A stretch of 64,000 nucleotides of DNA from an uncultured Candidatus Rokubacteria bacterium (GCA_963826115.1 CAWGVS010000005.1:416001-480000); one strand, 5' to 3'; positions 29,015 through 40,843 are shown, counted from the stretch's first letter. Notes: generated by a model from the letters alone, not told the origin. Translations and numbers: made by a program.

Positions 29015-29958
29015 CGCTCCGGCGCCCCGCGGCCATCCTTCTCGCGGTGGCCATCGACCTCGTCGCGGGCGAGCCGCCCGCGCCCTGGCATCCCGTGGTC
29101 TGGATCGGGCGGGCGCTCGGCTGGCTGGAACGCCGCGCGCCCGCACGGAGCGTCGCCGACGGCGGCGCGGCGATCGCGCTGGCGACGGCCGCCGTCTGGG
29201 CGATCGCGCGGATGGCCGCCCGCGCGACCCGGTGCCCGGGCTGGCCGGGGCTCGTCCTGGAAGCGGTGCTCCTGAAGCCGGCGCTCGCCCTCCGCGGGCT
29301 CGTGGAGGCCACCGACGGTGTGGAGGCCGCGCTCCGCTCGGGCGACCTCGAGGCGGCCCGCCGCCGCGTGGGGCGGGACCTCGTGAGCCGGCCGACGGCG
29401 GATCTCGGCGCGGACGAGGTGACCTCGGCCGCCATCGAGTCCGCGGCGGAGAACCTGGTCGACAGCGTCGCCGGGCCGCTCCTCGCCTACGCGGCGGCCG
29501 GGCTTCCGGCCGCGTGGGCCTATCGCGCCGTGAACACGGCCGACGCGATGTGGGGCTACCGCGACGCGCGCTACGAGCGGTTCGGCAAGGCCGCCGCGCG
29601 CCTCGACGACGTGATCAACCTGCTGCCCGCGCGCGTCGGCGCCGCCGCGCTCGCGGCGGGGGCGGCGGCGGTCGGCGAGGACGGCCCGGGCGCCGCCCGG
29701 GTCGCGTGGACGCAGCACCGCCGCACTGCGAGCCCGAACGCGGGCTGGCCGATGGCCGCGATGGCGGGGGCGCTCGGCGTCGGCCTCGCGAAGCGCGGTG
29801 CGTACCGGCTCGGCGAGGGAGCGCTTCCGACCTCGCCGGACGCGATCCGGCGCGCGCGGCGAGTTCTCGGCGCCGCGGCCGCGATCACGGTCGCGGTGGC
29901 TGCCGGCGTGGCGCTCCTCGGAGGGGGCCAGGCGGCGAGGGGAGCGGCGCGAGCATGA
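29011..29958 (+). CDS. cbiB: adenosylcobinamide-phosphate synthase
   Basis: GEP..HPVVWIG, LVSR, ESAAENLVD, YRAVNTADAMWGY and SPNAGWP. Confidence 0.93.
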   Translation: MTLRRPAAILLAVAIDLVAGEPPAPWHPVVWIGRALGWLERRAPARSVADGGAAIALATAAVWAIARMAARATRCPGWPGLVLEAVLLKPALALRGLVEATDGVEAALRSGDLEAARRRVGRDLVSRPTADLGADEVTSAAIESAAENLVDSVAGPLLAYAAAGLPAAWAYRAVNTADAMWGYRDARYERFGKAAARLDDVINLLPARVGAAALAAGAAAVGEDGPGAARVAWTQHRRTASPNAGWPMAAMAGALGVGLAKRGAYRLGEGALPTSPDAIRRARRVLGAAAAITVAVAAGVALLGGGQAARGAARA

Positions 29959-31106
29959 CCCGCGGGCTCGGCGCCGCGCTCGCCCTCTCGGTGCTCGTCC
30001 ACGGCGGGGTCGTGGCCGCGATCGTGGTCGTCGGCGTGGCGTGGCTCGGCGAGCCGCGCCCCGCGGTGGAGCCGGCGCTCTACGTCGACGCGGTCGATCC
30101 CGTCGTCGCCACGGGGGAGCGCCGCGCGTCCGCCGTGGCGTCGCGCCCCCGGGCGGAGGCTCCGCAGGGCCCCGACGGCCATGCTGCGCGTCGCATGCCT
30201 CCGGACTCGCCGCCGGCAGACGCACCCGCGCCTGCGCCGGCTCCTTCTCGCTCCACGGCGATGTCCGGCCCGATCGAGGTCATCGCGGGCGCGATGCCGC
30301 CTGCGCCTCCCGTCGCGCCCGCGGTTCCGCGTGTCGAGGAACCGCGCGTCGAGCCACCCGCGGCCGTCGTCGCGACGACTCCGCCGCCAGCTACAGCCAC
30401 ACCGGCCGCACCGGCGCCGGGCCCGAGCGCCGCGCGTCCGGCGCCGTCTTCGACGGTGGCGGCGCTCGCGTCGCTGGAATCGGTGGCCAGCGATGCGGCG
30501 TTGACCGCGCGGCGCGCGCCCGCGCCACCCGCGGCTTCCGCGGGTGAGGGCAAGGCTCACGCATCGGCGCTCGTGGCGAGCAGTCCCGCGATTGGCGGTC
30601 CTGCGGTGACGGGTCCCGCGACCGCCGGTCCCGCAGCGACCGGTCCGGCCACGCCCGGTGGTCCCGCGAGCGGCGGTGCGGGCGAGACGCCACGCTCGGG
30701 GGAACCCGGGGCCGCGGCCGGATCTGGCCCGGCGACTCAGGCGGGTTCGGGCTCCGGCAACGTCGCGCGGCTCCCGCCCGCCGACGGCGGCGGCGCCGGG
30801 CCGGGGGGCGGCATCCCGCCGGAGTACGAGGCCTACGTGCGCGCGCTCCGCCAGCGCGTGCAGGAGCGGCTCGTCTATCCCTGGACGGCGGTGCGCCGCG
30901 GCCTGGAGGGCGTGGTGGAGCTCGAGGTGCGCGTCGGAGCCGACGGCCGCCTTGTGGGCGTCGAGGTGGTCGCCGGTGCGAACGCGGACTCGCTCCGCTC
31001 GGCGGCAGTGGCCGCAGTCCGTGGCGCCGCGCCGTTCCCGTTTCCGTCCGGCCTCGCGGCTCGCCCGCTCGTCATCCGGCTCCCCGTCGAGTTCCGGCTG
31101 CGCTGA
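29955..31106 (+). CDS. tonB: TonB family energy transducer
   Basis: TM with SxxxH (SVLVH), long Pro/Ala linker, C-terminal YP..A.RRGLEGVV domain. Confidence 0.85.
   Translation: MTRGLGAALALSVLVHGGVVAAIVVVGVAWLGEPRPAVEPALYVDAVDPVVATGERRASAVASRPRAEAPQGPDGHAARRMPPDSPPADAPAPAPAPSRSTAMSGPIEVIAGAMPPAPPVAPAVPRVEEPRVEPPAAVVATTPPPATATPAAPAPGPSAARPAPSSTVAALASLESVASDAALTARRAPAPPAASAGEGKAHASALVASSPAIGGPAVTGPATAGPAATGPATPGGPASGGAGETPRSGEPGAAAGSGPATQAGSGSGNVARLPPADGGGAGPGGGIPPEYEAYVRALRQRVQERLVYPWTAVRRGLEGVVELEVRVGADGRLVGVEVVAGANADSLRSAAVAAVRGAAPFPFPSGLAARPLVIRLPVEFRLR
30597..30656 (+). repeat. degenerate 15-nt tandem repeat (GPAxx x4) in the TonB linker
   Basis: GPAVT GPATA GPAAT GPATP. Confidence 0.6.
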
Positions 31107-31168
31107 GAGGCCGTAAACTCCGCTTTTTCTTCGACCCTCTGGGGACGTGGGCTATAGTGGACGGCGCT

Positions 31169-32842
31169 ATGTCTCGGGACGTCACCACGGTCCTGTCGGG
31201 GGTGCTCCTGGACGCCCTCGGGCGGGCCGGTCTCCCAACCGTCGCCGCCTCGGACGTCGCCTGGGAGGTGCCTCGGGACCCGACCCACGGGGACTACGCG
31301 ACCAACGTCGCCATGCTCCTCGCCAAGTCGCACCGGCGTCCGCCGCGACAGGTCGCGGAGGCCATCCTGGCGCACCTTCCGGGCGCCCACGAGATCGAGC
31401 GCGCGGAAGTGGCAGGCCCGGGATTCTTGAACGTTTTCCTCTCCCCCGCGTACTGCCGCGCGGGCCTGGCGCGGGTTCTCGCCGAGGGCGACCGCTTCGG
31501 CACCGACGCCGAAGGGCAGGGCCAGCGCGCCATGGTGGAGTTCGTCAGCGCCAACCCCACGGGGCCGCTGACGCTCGGCCACGGCCGCCAGGGGCTCCTC
31601 GGGGACTGCGTGGCCAGGCTTTTCAGGGCGATGGGTTACGACACGACCCGCGAGTATTACTTCAACAACGCCGGGCGCCAGATGCGGGTCCTCGGCGAGT
31701 CGGTTCGCGCCCGATACCTGGAGCTCCTCGGCCGGCCGGCCCCGTTTCCGGAGGACGGCTACCAGGGCGACTACATCCGGGAGATCGCGGGCGACCTCCG
31801 GGCCCGGCACGGAGACTCACTTGCGGACGAGGCCGTGTTCCGCCAGGCGGCCGAGGACGGCATCTTCGCCGACATCCGCCGGACGCTGGACCGCCTCGGA
31901 ATCCGGTTCGACGTCTACTCGAACGAGGCCCTCCTCTACAGCGAGGGGAAGGTCGAGGGCGCGCTCGAGGCGCTCCGGGCCGCCGGGCTCGTCTACGAGA
32001 AGGACGGCGCGGTGTGGCTCCGGTTCTCGGCGATCGGCCGCCCGCAGGATCGCGTGCTGGTGAAGTCGACCGGCGAGCCGACGTACCGGCTTCCCGACAT
32101 CGCGTACCACCGGGAGAAGCTCGCGCGCGGCTTCGATCGCATCCTGAACGTCCAGGGCGCCGACCACATCGAGGAAGCGAAGGACGTGGTGGCAGCCATC
32201 GGGGCGCTCGGGTTGCCGGCCGACCGGATCCGCTACCTGATCCACCAGTTCGTGACGATCACGCGCGGCGGCGTCGAGGTGAAGATGTCGACGCGCCGGG
32301 CGACCTACGTCACGATCGACGACCTCCTCGACCAGCTGGGGAACGCGGACGTCTTCCGGTGGTTCATGGTGACGCGGAGCCCGGAGAGCCACCTGAACTT
32401 CGACCTCGACGCGGCGATGGAGCAGGACTGGCAGAAGAACCCGGTGTTCTACGTCCAGTACGCCCACGCGCGCGTCGCCAGCGTCTTCAACCACGCGCGC
32501 GAGCGGGGGATCACCGCGCCGCGGGCGTGGTCCGAGGCCGATCTCGCCCCGATCTCGGCCCCCGAGGAGCTGGCGCTCGTGAAGACGCTCCTCCGCTTCC
32601 CGCCCACGGTCGCCGCCGCGGCCCGAGCCTGCGAGCCGCACCGGATCGCCGTCTACGTCTACGAGCTGGCGGGCCAGCTCCACGCCTACCACCACCTCGG
32701 GACGCACACGCCGGCCTTCCGCATCGTGCGACCGGAGGAGCCGGCACTGACCGCGGCCCGGCTCGGCCTCGCGTGGGGAGTCGCCCAGGTCCTGCGGAAC
32801 GGCCTCGGGCTCCTCGGCATCTCCGCTCCGGAGTCGATGTGA
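31169..32842 (+). CDS. argS: arginine--tRNA ligase
   Basis: HGDYATN, VEFVSANPTGPLTLGHGR, GADH, KMSTR and YVQYAHAR; alternative GTG start at 31157. Confidence 0.96.
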   Translation: MSRDVTTVLSGVLLDALGRAGLPTVAASDVAWEVPRDPTHGDYATNVAMLLAKSHRRPPRQVAEAILAHLPGAHEIERAEVAGPGFLNVFLSPAYCRAGLARVLAEGDRFGTDAEGQGQRAMVEFVSANPTGPLTLGHGRQGLLGDCVARLFRAMGYDTTREYYFNNAGRQMRVLGESVRARYLELLGRPAPFPEDGYQGDYIREIAGDLRARHGDSLADEAVFRQAAEDGIFADIRRTLDRLGIRFDVYSNEALLYSEGKVEGALEALRAAGLVYEKDGAVWLRFSAIGRPQDRVLVKSTGEPTYRLPDIAYHREKLARGFDRILNVQGADHIEEAKDVVAAIGALGLPADRIRYLIHQFVTITRGGVEVKMSTRRATYVTIDDLLDQLGNADVFRWFMVTRSPESHLNFDLDAAMEQDWQKNPVFYVQYAHARVASVFNHARERGITAPRAWSEADLAPISAPEELALVKTLLRFPPTVAAAARACEPHRIAVYVYELAGQLHAYHHLGTHTPAFRIVRPEEPALTAARLGLAWGVAQVLRNGLGLLGISAPESM

Positions 32843-32852
32843 GGCGCAGGGG

Positions 32853-33710
32853 ATGATGCACGCGCGCCGACTCGGTCGTGCGCAGCACGAGTTCCGCTTC
32901 GGCGGACGGGAGCTCGCGGTGCTCGGCGCGGTCGCCGGCCTGATCGCCACCCTCGTCTTCGCGGCGGGCATCGTGGTGGGGCGCGAGACGACCCGGGGGA
33001 AGGCGGTCCGCGCCGAGAACGGGCGCGAGCATCGCTCGCCCGAGCCGGAAGGGCTGCGCGGCGGCAGCGATACGAGCGTCAAGACGGCGGCGACTCGGGC
33101 GGAGGAGAAGGTCACCTTCTATCGGACGCTGACGGCCCCGACGCAGGACCTGCCCCAGGTCGGGAAGCCGACGATCGAGGAGCGGCTCGTGCCGAAGGAC
33201 GAGCCGGTGATTCACGCGCCCGACCCGACGCCGGCGGCGGAGGCCGCGTCCCGGCCTGCGGCCGAGACGCCGAAGAGCGAGCCGACCCGGACCGAGCCGG
33301 AGGCGCCCCGCGCCACGGCGCCGAGCGCGACTCCTCCGGCGGTGACCGCGAAGCCGGCGGAGACGGCGCCGCGCCCGGCGCGTCCCGCGCGACCGCCGGC
33401 CGCCGCGCAGCCCGCCCGCCCCGGTCCGACCCAGGTGGCGGCGGCGACGCCGACGACGGGACCGGGCCCGGAGACGTGGACCGTGCAGGTGAGCGCCTTC
33501 CGGAGCCGCGCGCTGGCCGAGGATCTGCGCTCCAGGCTGGCGGCTCGCGGCTTCGACGCCTACGTCTACCCCTCGATCACCGAGGACGGCCGGCCCCGTT
33601 ACCGCGTCCGCGTGGGCACGTACCCGGCCCGTGGCGACGCCGAGCGGGCCGCCACGGAGCTCCGGAGCGAGCGAGGGCTCAATCCACTCGTGACGCCGCG
33701 CACCCGGTAG
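32853..33710 (+). CDS. SPOR domain cell-division protein (FtsN-like)
   Basis: TM helix, TFY..L, Pro-rich linker, WTVQVSAF...YRVRVG; typical position after argS. Confidence 0.85.
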   Translation: MMHARRLGRAQHEFRFGGRELAVLGAVAGLIATLVFAAGIVVGRETTRGKAVRAENGREHRSPEPEGLRGGSDTSVKTAATRAEEKVTFYRTLTAPTQDLPQVGKPTIEERLVPKDEPVIHAPDPTPAAEAASRPAAETPKSEPTRTEPEAPRATAPSATPPAVTAKPAETAPRPARPARPPAAAQPARPGPTQVAAATPTTGPGPETWTVQVSAFRSRALAEDLRSRLAARGFDAYVYPSITEDGRPRYRVRVGTYPARGDAERAATELRSERGLNPLVTPRTR

Positions 33711-33718
33711 GGCGCGGC

Positions 33719-34261
33719 GTGCCCCCGGGGGTCCAGCGCGTCCTCATCCCCGCGGAGGATCTCACCGCGCGCGTCCGGGAGATCGGTCACCAGATCCGGG
33801 CCGACTACGCGGGGCGGACGCCAATGCTGATCGGCGTGCTGAAGGGCGCCGTGGTCTTCCTCGCCGACCTGATGCGCTCGATCGACGCCCCGTGCGAGTG
33901 CGACTTCATCGCCGTCTCGTCGTACGGGGCCTCGACCCGCTCCTCGGGGATCGTCGAGCTGACCAAGGACCTGTCGGTGCCGATCGAGGGGCGCGACGTT
34001 CTCATCGTCGAGGACATCGTGGACACGGGCCGGACGCTCGCCTACCTCATCCGGAACCTGGAAACCCGGCAGCCGCGGAGCCTCCGCGTGTGCACCTTGC
34101 TCGACAAGACGTCCCGACGCGAGGTCCCGGTCTCCCTGGACTACGTCGGGTTCTCGATTCCCGACGAGTTCGTCGTCGGATACGGGCTCGACTTCGCGGG
34201 TCTCTACCGGAATCTGCCCTACCTTGGCGTCCTGGTCCCTCCGGATCCAGAGCCGGCCTGA
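33719..34261 (+). CDS. hpt: hypoxanthine phosphoribosyltransferase
   Basis: GVLKGA, VSSYG, VLIVEDIVDTGRTL and FVVGYGLD. Confidence 0.95.
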   Translation: MPPGVQRVLIPAEDLTARVREIGHQIRADYAGRTPMLIGVLKGAVVFLADLMRSIDAPCECDFIAVSSYGASTRSSGIVELTKDLSVPIEGRDVLIVEDIVDTGRTLAYLIRNLETRQPRSLRVCTLLDKTSRREVPVSLDYVGFSIPDEFVVGYGLDFAGLYRNLPYLGVLVPPDPEPA

Positions 34262-34341
34262 GCGCTCGGTGCTGCCGGCAGGGTCTCGCCCCGCGAGACC
34301 TGGAACGGGGCTGGCGCCCGGCGAAGCGAGATTTGGCCGTG

Positions 34342-34350
34342 TGCTATACT
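34342..34350 (+). promoter_or_regulatory. extended -10 promoter of ftsH
   Basis: TG-C-TATACT upstream of ftsH. Confidence 0.6.
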
Positions 34351-34423
34351 GCGCTTACGCTGCGCAGGTTTGCGCCCCATCGTAGGGGCGACAGATGAGC
34401 CGAAGGAGGGTGGCGGACCCGGC

Positions 34424-36245
<1,822 letters not shown>

Positions 36246-36314
36246 CATCCGCCGGGGCCGCGCGGTCCCGGCCGGCTCGGCTCCGGCCGATCCGGCGACG
36301 CCCGGGTCTCGGCC

Positions 36315-37178
36315 GTGAGACTCCGCATGCGGGGGGTCGAGTTCGCGTGGGACGCGGCTCGCCCCCGAGCGCTGATCATGGGGATCGTGAACGTGACGCC
36401 CGACTCGTTTGCCGACGGAGGCCGGTACCTCGACCCGGCGGCGGCCGTGCGACAGGCGCGGACGCTCGCCGCCGAGGGCGCCGATCTTCTGGACGTGGGG
36501 GCGGAGTCGACGCGGCCGGGCTCGCCGGGCGTGTCGGCGGCCGAGGAGCGCGCGCGGCTCCTGCCGGTGCTGGAGCGGCTCCTCGACGATCCGCCGTGCC
36601 CGGTGTCGGTCGACACCTCGAAGCCTGACGTGGCCGAGGCCGTCCTGGCCCTCGGCGCCCACATGGTGAACGACGTCACCGCGCTCGCCGGGGGCCCCGA
36701 GCTCGCGGCGGTCTGCGCCGCGCACGGCGCCGCCCTCGCGGTCATGCACATGCAGGGGACGCCTCGCACGATGCAGGTCGATCCGCGGTACGACGACCTC
36801 CTGGGCGAGGTGCGGGCCGGCCTCGCCGTCGCGGTCCGGACGGCGGAGGCGGCCGGAGTGGCGCCGGACTCCATCTGCGTCGATCCGGGCATCGGCTTCG
36901 GGAAGACCGTCGCGCACAACCTCACCCTGCTGAAGCGGCTCGACGCGTTCCGTCCGCTCGGGAAGCCCATCCTGGTGGGCCCGTCGCGGAAGAGCTTCAT
37001 CGGCGCGCTCCTCGACCAGGTGCCGCCCGCGGAGCGCCTCGAGGGGACGCTGGCCGCGTGCGTCATGGCGGTGAGCGCGGGCGCCCACATCGTCCGCGTC
37101 CACGATGTCGCGGCCGTGCGGCGGGCGGTCCGGGTGGCCGAGGCCATCCGCGACGCGGTGCCGGGCGTGGAGGCCTGA
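36315..37178 (+). CDS. folP: dihydropteroate synthase
   Basis: [35 protein letters not shown] and RVHDV. Confidence 0.96.
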   Translation: MRLRMRGVEFAWDAARPRALIMGIVNVTPDSFADGGRYLDPAAAVRQARTLAAEGADLLDVGAESTRPGSPGVSAAEERARLLPVLERLLDDPPCPVSVDTSKPDVAEAVLALGAHMVNDVTALAGGPELAAVCAAHGAALAVMHMQGTPRTMQVDPRYDDLLGEVRAGLAVAVRTAEAAGVAPDSICVDPGIGFGKTVAHNLTLLKRLDAFRPLGKPILVGPSRKSFIGALLDQVPPAERLEGTLAACVMAVSAGAHIVRVHDVAAVRRAVRVAEAIRDAVPGVEA

Positions 37179-37183
37179 CGGGC

Positions 37184-38014
37184 GTGCTGTCCCACCTCTG
37201 GACCGGGCTCCGCCTGCGCGACCTGGTGGACGTCGCCATCGTGGCCTTCGTCCTCTACCGCGTCCTCCTCGTGTTCCGCGGCACGGTGGCGATCCAGATG
37301 CTGGCCGGCCTCGTCCTCTTGATGACCGCGCGCCTCGCCGCGCGGCAAGCGGACCTCCGGAGCCTGTCCTTCGTGCTCGAGAACTTCTGGGCGTTCTGGG
37401 TGCTGGCCCTGATCGTCCTCTTCCAGCCGGAGCTCCGGCGCACGCTGGCGCAGGCCGGGCGGAACCCGCTGATCCAGCGCATGGCGGGCCAGGCGTCGGC
37501 CGCGCGCCGACAGCTCCTCGAGGAGATCACGCGGGCGGTCGAGGCGCTCGCCGTGAAGCGCATCGGCGCCCTGATCGCCGTCGAGCGGCAGGTCGGGCTC
37601 CGAGCGTACGCCGAGCTCGGCGTGCCGATGGAGGCGGTGGTGTCGGCGGAGCTCCTGGGGAGCCTGTTCCAGCCGGGGTCGCCGCTCCACGACGGCGCCG
37701 CCCTCATCCAGGGGGACCGCATCACGGCGGCCGGGTGCTTCCTGCCGCTCTCCCGAAACCTCGGGCTCTCGCGGACGCTCGGCACGCGGCACCGCGCGGC
37801 CGTCGGCCTGTCGGAGGAGACGGACGCCGCCGTCGTCGTGGTGTCCGAGGAGACCGGTGTCATCTCGCTCGCGGTCGACGGCGTGATCGAGCGCGGGCTC
37901 GACGCGGAGCGCCTGCAGGAGCGGCTGACGGTCCTGCTCAACGCCGGCGAGCGCCCGGCGCGGCGGTCGTTTCTCGCGGGTGTGCGCCGCCTGACGGCGC
38001 GGAGCAAGGCGTGA
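37184..38014 (+). CDS. cdaA: diadenylate cyclase CdaA/DacA
   Basis: Three TM helices; FQPELRR, PLHDGA, GTRHRAA and VSEETG. Confidence 0.95.
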   Translation: MLSHLWTGLRLRDLVDVAIVAFVLYRVLLVFRGTVAIQMLAGLVLLMTARLAARQADLRSLSFVLENFWAFWVLALIVLFQPELRRTLAQAGRNPLIQRMAGQASAARRQLLEEITRAVEALAVKRIGALIAVERQVGLRAYAELGVPMEAVVSAELLGSLFQPGSPLHDGAALIQGDRITAAGCFLPLSRNLGLSRTLGTRHRAAVGLSEETDAAVVVVSEETGVISLAVDGVIERGLDAERLQERLTVLLNAGERPARRSFLAGVRRLTARSKA

Positions 38015-38394
38015 CCGGGCTTCGGGCGCTCCTCGTCGAGAACTGGCCGCTGAAGCTCGTGGCCTTCGCGTTCGCGGCGGGCCTCTGGGTGTTCGTCGTG
38101 ACCGAGGAGCGGACCGACGCGGTGTTCACCGTGCCGCTCGATCTGGTCGACCGACCGGCGGGCATGGACGTGGCCTCGGTCGGCGTCGAGACCGTGGTTG
38201 TGCGGGTCGAGGGCCGCCACAGCCTCCTGCGGCGTCTTCACGAGGAGGACTTCCGCGCGGAGGTGAGCTTGAAGAGCGCGCGGCCAGGCCGCTTCGTCGG
38301 GCGCATCGACACGGACAACGTCTCGGCTCCCAAGGGGGTCCGCGTCGTCCGTGTCACCCCCAGCGAGGTGCGCGCCATCCTGGAGGCGCGGTAG
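38011..38394 (+). CDS. cdaR: CdaR/YbbR-like regulator (single domain)
   Basis: NWPLKL.A...A..LW N-terminus; located between cdaA and glmM. Confidence 0.8.
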   Translation: MTGLRALLVENWPLKLVAFAFAAGLWVFVVTEERTDAVFTVPLDLVDRPAGMDVASVGVETVVVRVEGRHSLLRRLHEEDFRAEVSLKSARPGRFVGRIDTDNVSAPKGVRVVRVTPSEVRAILEAR

Positions 38395-38399
38395 CGATC

Positions 38400-39767
38400 G
38401 TGACCCGGCTCTTCGGGACCGACGGGATCCGCGGCGTGGCCAACCAGGCGCCGCTGACGCCCGAGTTGACCTGTCGCCTGGGCCGGATCGCGGCGGGCTA
38501 CCTGGCCGAGCGCGCCGGGCGGACGCGGCGCCGGCCTGCCGTCCTGATCGCCCGCGACACGCGCCTGTCGGGCCCCATGCTCGAGGCCGCGCTCGTCGCC
38601 GGCATCCTGTCGGCGGGCGCCGACGCCCTCGTGGCGGGGGTCCTGCCGACGCCGGCCGTCGCCTTCCTGATCCCCGCGCTCGGCGCGGCGGGCGGCGCCG
38701 TGCTCTCGGCCTCCCACAATCCCTTCGAGGACAACGGCGTGAAGCTCTTCTCGGGCGACGGCGACAAGCTGCCCGACGCCTGGGAGGACGAGATCGAGGC
38801 GCGGCTCGCGTCGGACACCGACGGGTCCCGGCCGACCGGCGCACGGATCGGCCGCCGGCGCGCGGTGGCCGGCGCCGAGCGGCGCTACCTCGACGGGCTG
38901 CGGGCGAGCCTGCCCGGGGACTTCGGGCTGGCCGGTCTCCGGGTCGTGCTCGACTGCGCCCACGGCGCGACCTACCGCGTCGCGCCGCGACTGTTCCGCG
39001 CGCTCGGGGCCGACGTCGAGACGCTCGGCGCTCGGCCCAGCGGGACGAACATCAACCGCGACGTGGGCGCGCTCCACCCCGAGGCGCTCCAGGCGCGGGT
39101 CCGCGCCACGCCGGGCGCGCTCGGCCTCGCCTTCGACGGCGACGGCGACCGGCTGATCGTCGTGGACGAGGAGGGCCAGGTCCGCGACGGCGACCACGTG
39201 CTCGCGATCTGTGCCCAGGCGCTCCACGCGCGGAGCGAGCTCCGAGGCGGGGTCGTGGTGTCGACCGTGATGGCGAACCTGGGGCTCGAGCGGGCCCTCG
39301 GAGCCTTCGGGGTGAAGATGGCGCGCGCCGCCGTCGGCGACCGCTACGTCCTCGAGGAGATGCGTCGCCTCGGGGCGAACCTCGGCGGGGAGCAGTCCGG
39401 GCACGTCATCTTCCTCGACCACGCGCGGACGGGTGACGGACTCCTGACGGCGCTCCAGCTGCTGCGGGCCGTGCGCGAGGCGAGGCGGCCCCTGTCGGCC
39501 CTCGCCGCCCGGGTCGAGAAGTGTCCGCAGGTGCTGCTGAACGTGCGGGTCCGGGCGCGTCCGCCCCTCGACGGGCTCCGCGGCGTCGCCGACGTCCTGG
39601 CGCGGTGGGAGACGAGGCTCGACGGGCGCGCCCGGTTCCTGGTGCGGTACTCGGGAACCGAGCCCCTCGCCCGGGTGATGGTGGAGGGGGACGACCACGC
39701 GACCATCCATGCGGCCGCCCTCGAGGTCGCCGCCGCCATTCAGGCCGAGATTGGAGCGACATCGTGA
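38400..39767 (+). CDS. glmM: phosphoglucosamine mutase
   Basis: FGTDGIRG, SASHNP, FDGDGDR, GGEQSGH and RYSGTEP. Confidence 0.96.
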   Translation: MTRLFGTDGIRGVANQAPLTPELTCRLGRIAAGYLAERAGRTRRRPAVLIARDTRLSGPMLEAALVAGILSAGADALVAGVLPTPAVAFLIPALGAAGGAVLSASHNPFEDNGVKLFSGDGDKLPDAWEDEIEARLASDTDGSRPTGARIGRRRAVAGAERRYLDGLRASLPGDFGLAGLRVVLDCAHGATYRVAPRLFRALGADVETLGARPSGTNINRDVGALHPEALQARVRATPGALGLAFDGDGDRLIVVDEEGQVRDGDHVLAICAQALHARSELRGGVVVSTVMANLGLERALGAFGVKMARAAVGDRYVLEEMRRLGANLGGEQSGHVIFLDHARTGDGLLTALQLLRAVREARRPLSALAARVEKCPQVLLNVRVRARPPLDGLRGVADVLARWETRLDGRARFLVRYSGTEPLARVMVEGDDHATIHAAALEVAAAIQAEIGATS

Positions 39768-40408
39768 TCCGACGACCGAGCGTGAGAGCGGCCGGACTGG
39801 CCGCCCTGTGTGCCGTGCTGCTCCTGGGGTGCGGCGACGATCACTCCGGCGCGACGAAGAACGCGCCGCTCTTCGAGTTCAACGCCCAGCAGAACGGCGG
39901 TAAGACGATCCGGTGGGCCAGCCTGCCGATCCGCGTGTTCCTCGGCAACGGCGTCGCCCGACCCGACGAGGTGAACGTCTGGACGGCGGCGACGAACGGG
40001 GCCGTGACGTTCGCCTTCGTCGGCAGCCCGGGGGCGGCCAACATCGCCTTCGGCCTCCGGAGCGGGACGGACATCTGCGGCGTGACGTTCGTCGAGTTCA
40101 ACGACGACGGCACCTTCACGCACGTGGAGGTCCAGGTCAGCCAGACCATCTATCGGGGTCCCCAGTGCCAGCGGACGATCACCCACGAGTCCGCCCACGC
40201 CATCGGTTTTCTCGGCCACACGTCCGAGGGCGCGCTCATGGATCCGGACGGCGGGAACGGCGACATCACGCCGCTGGTCACCGGGGTCCTGCGCGACCTC
40301 TACCACTTCGCGCCCGGCACCCAGGTCGTCGCCCAGGCCAGGCGGTTCGGCCTGAGCCGGCCCGGGGGCAAGCACGTCATGACCTTCGTGTATCCGGTGC
40401 GGCAGTGA
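39764..40408 (+). CDS. lipoprotein with metzincin/matrixin-like zinc peptidase motif
   Basis: Lipobox LLGC; HESAHAIGFLGH plus ALM Met-turn. Confidence 0.78.
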   Translation: MIRRPSVRAAGLAALCAVLLLGCGDDHSGATKNAPLFEFNAQQNGGKTIRWASLPIRVFLGNGVARPDEVNVWTAATNGAVTFAFVGSPGAANIAFGLRSGTDICGVTFVEFNDDGTFTHVEVQVSQTIYRGPQCQRTITHESAHAIGFLGHTSEGALMDPDGGNGDITPLVTGVLRDLYHFAPGTQVVAQARRFGLSRPGGKHVMTFVYPVRQ

Positions 40409-40821
40409 CCGGACGGGCCGGGCTCGCGCTGGTCGCGGCGATGTGCGCCTGGCCGGTGGCGGACGCGATCGCGCAGTCCGCGGCGCCGCCTCCCGCGTCG
40501 CGGCTCATGGTGATGGACATGCCCTACGCGCGGGTCTGGGACGGCGCGGTCCACGCGCTCTCGGGCTACGCGCTCGCGCGAGCGGCCGACGGCGTGATCG
40601 AGACGGCGCGCGTCGAGCGCGAGCCGCGGCCGGACGAGCCCGGCGCCGGCCGGGTGGCCGAGCGCGTCACGGTCCGAGTGGAGGCCGTGGGCGAGCGGAT
40701 CACGCGCGTCACCGTGAGCGTCTCGGCCGAGGTTTTCCGGGACGGCGGCTGGCACGCCGTCGATCCGTCGCCGGCGACGGCGCGCGCGGTCATCGACCGG
40801 ATCCGCGCCGGCCTGAGCTGA
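40405..40821 (+). CDS. exported hypothetical protein
   Basis: Signal peptide ending AIA-Q; GTGA overlap with the previous gene. Confidence 0.65.
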   Translation: MTGRAGLALVAAMCAWPVADAIAQSAAPPPASRLMVMDMPYARVWDGAVHALSGYALARAADGVIETARVEREPRPDEPGAGRVAERVTVRVEAVGERITRVTVSVSAEVFRDGGWHAVDPSPATARAVIDRIRAGLS

Positions 40822-40843
40822 GCCGAGGGGATCGGAGGGGGCC

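Noticed and set aside
33200-33470. Repeat array in the SPOR protein
   Set aside because: Ordinary Pro/Ala linker with no regular unit
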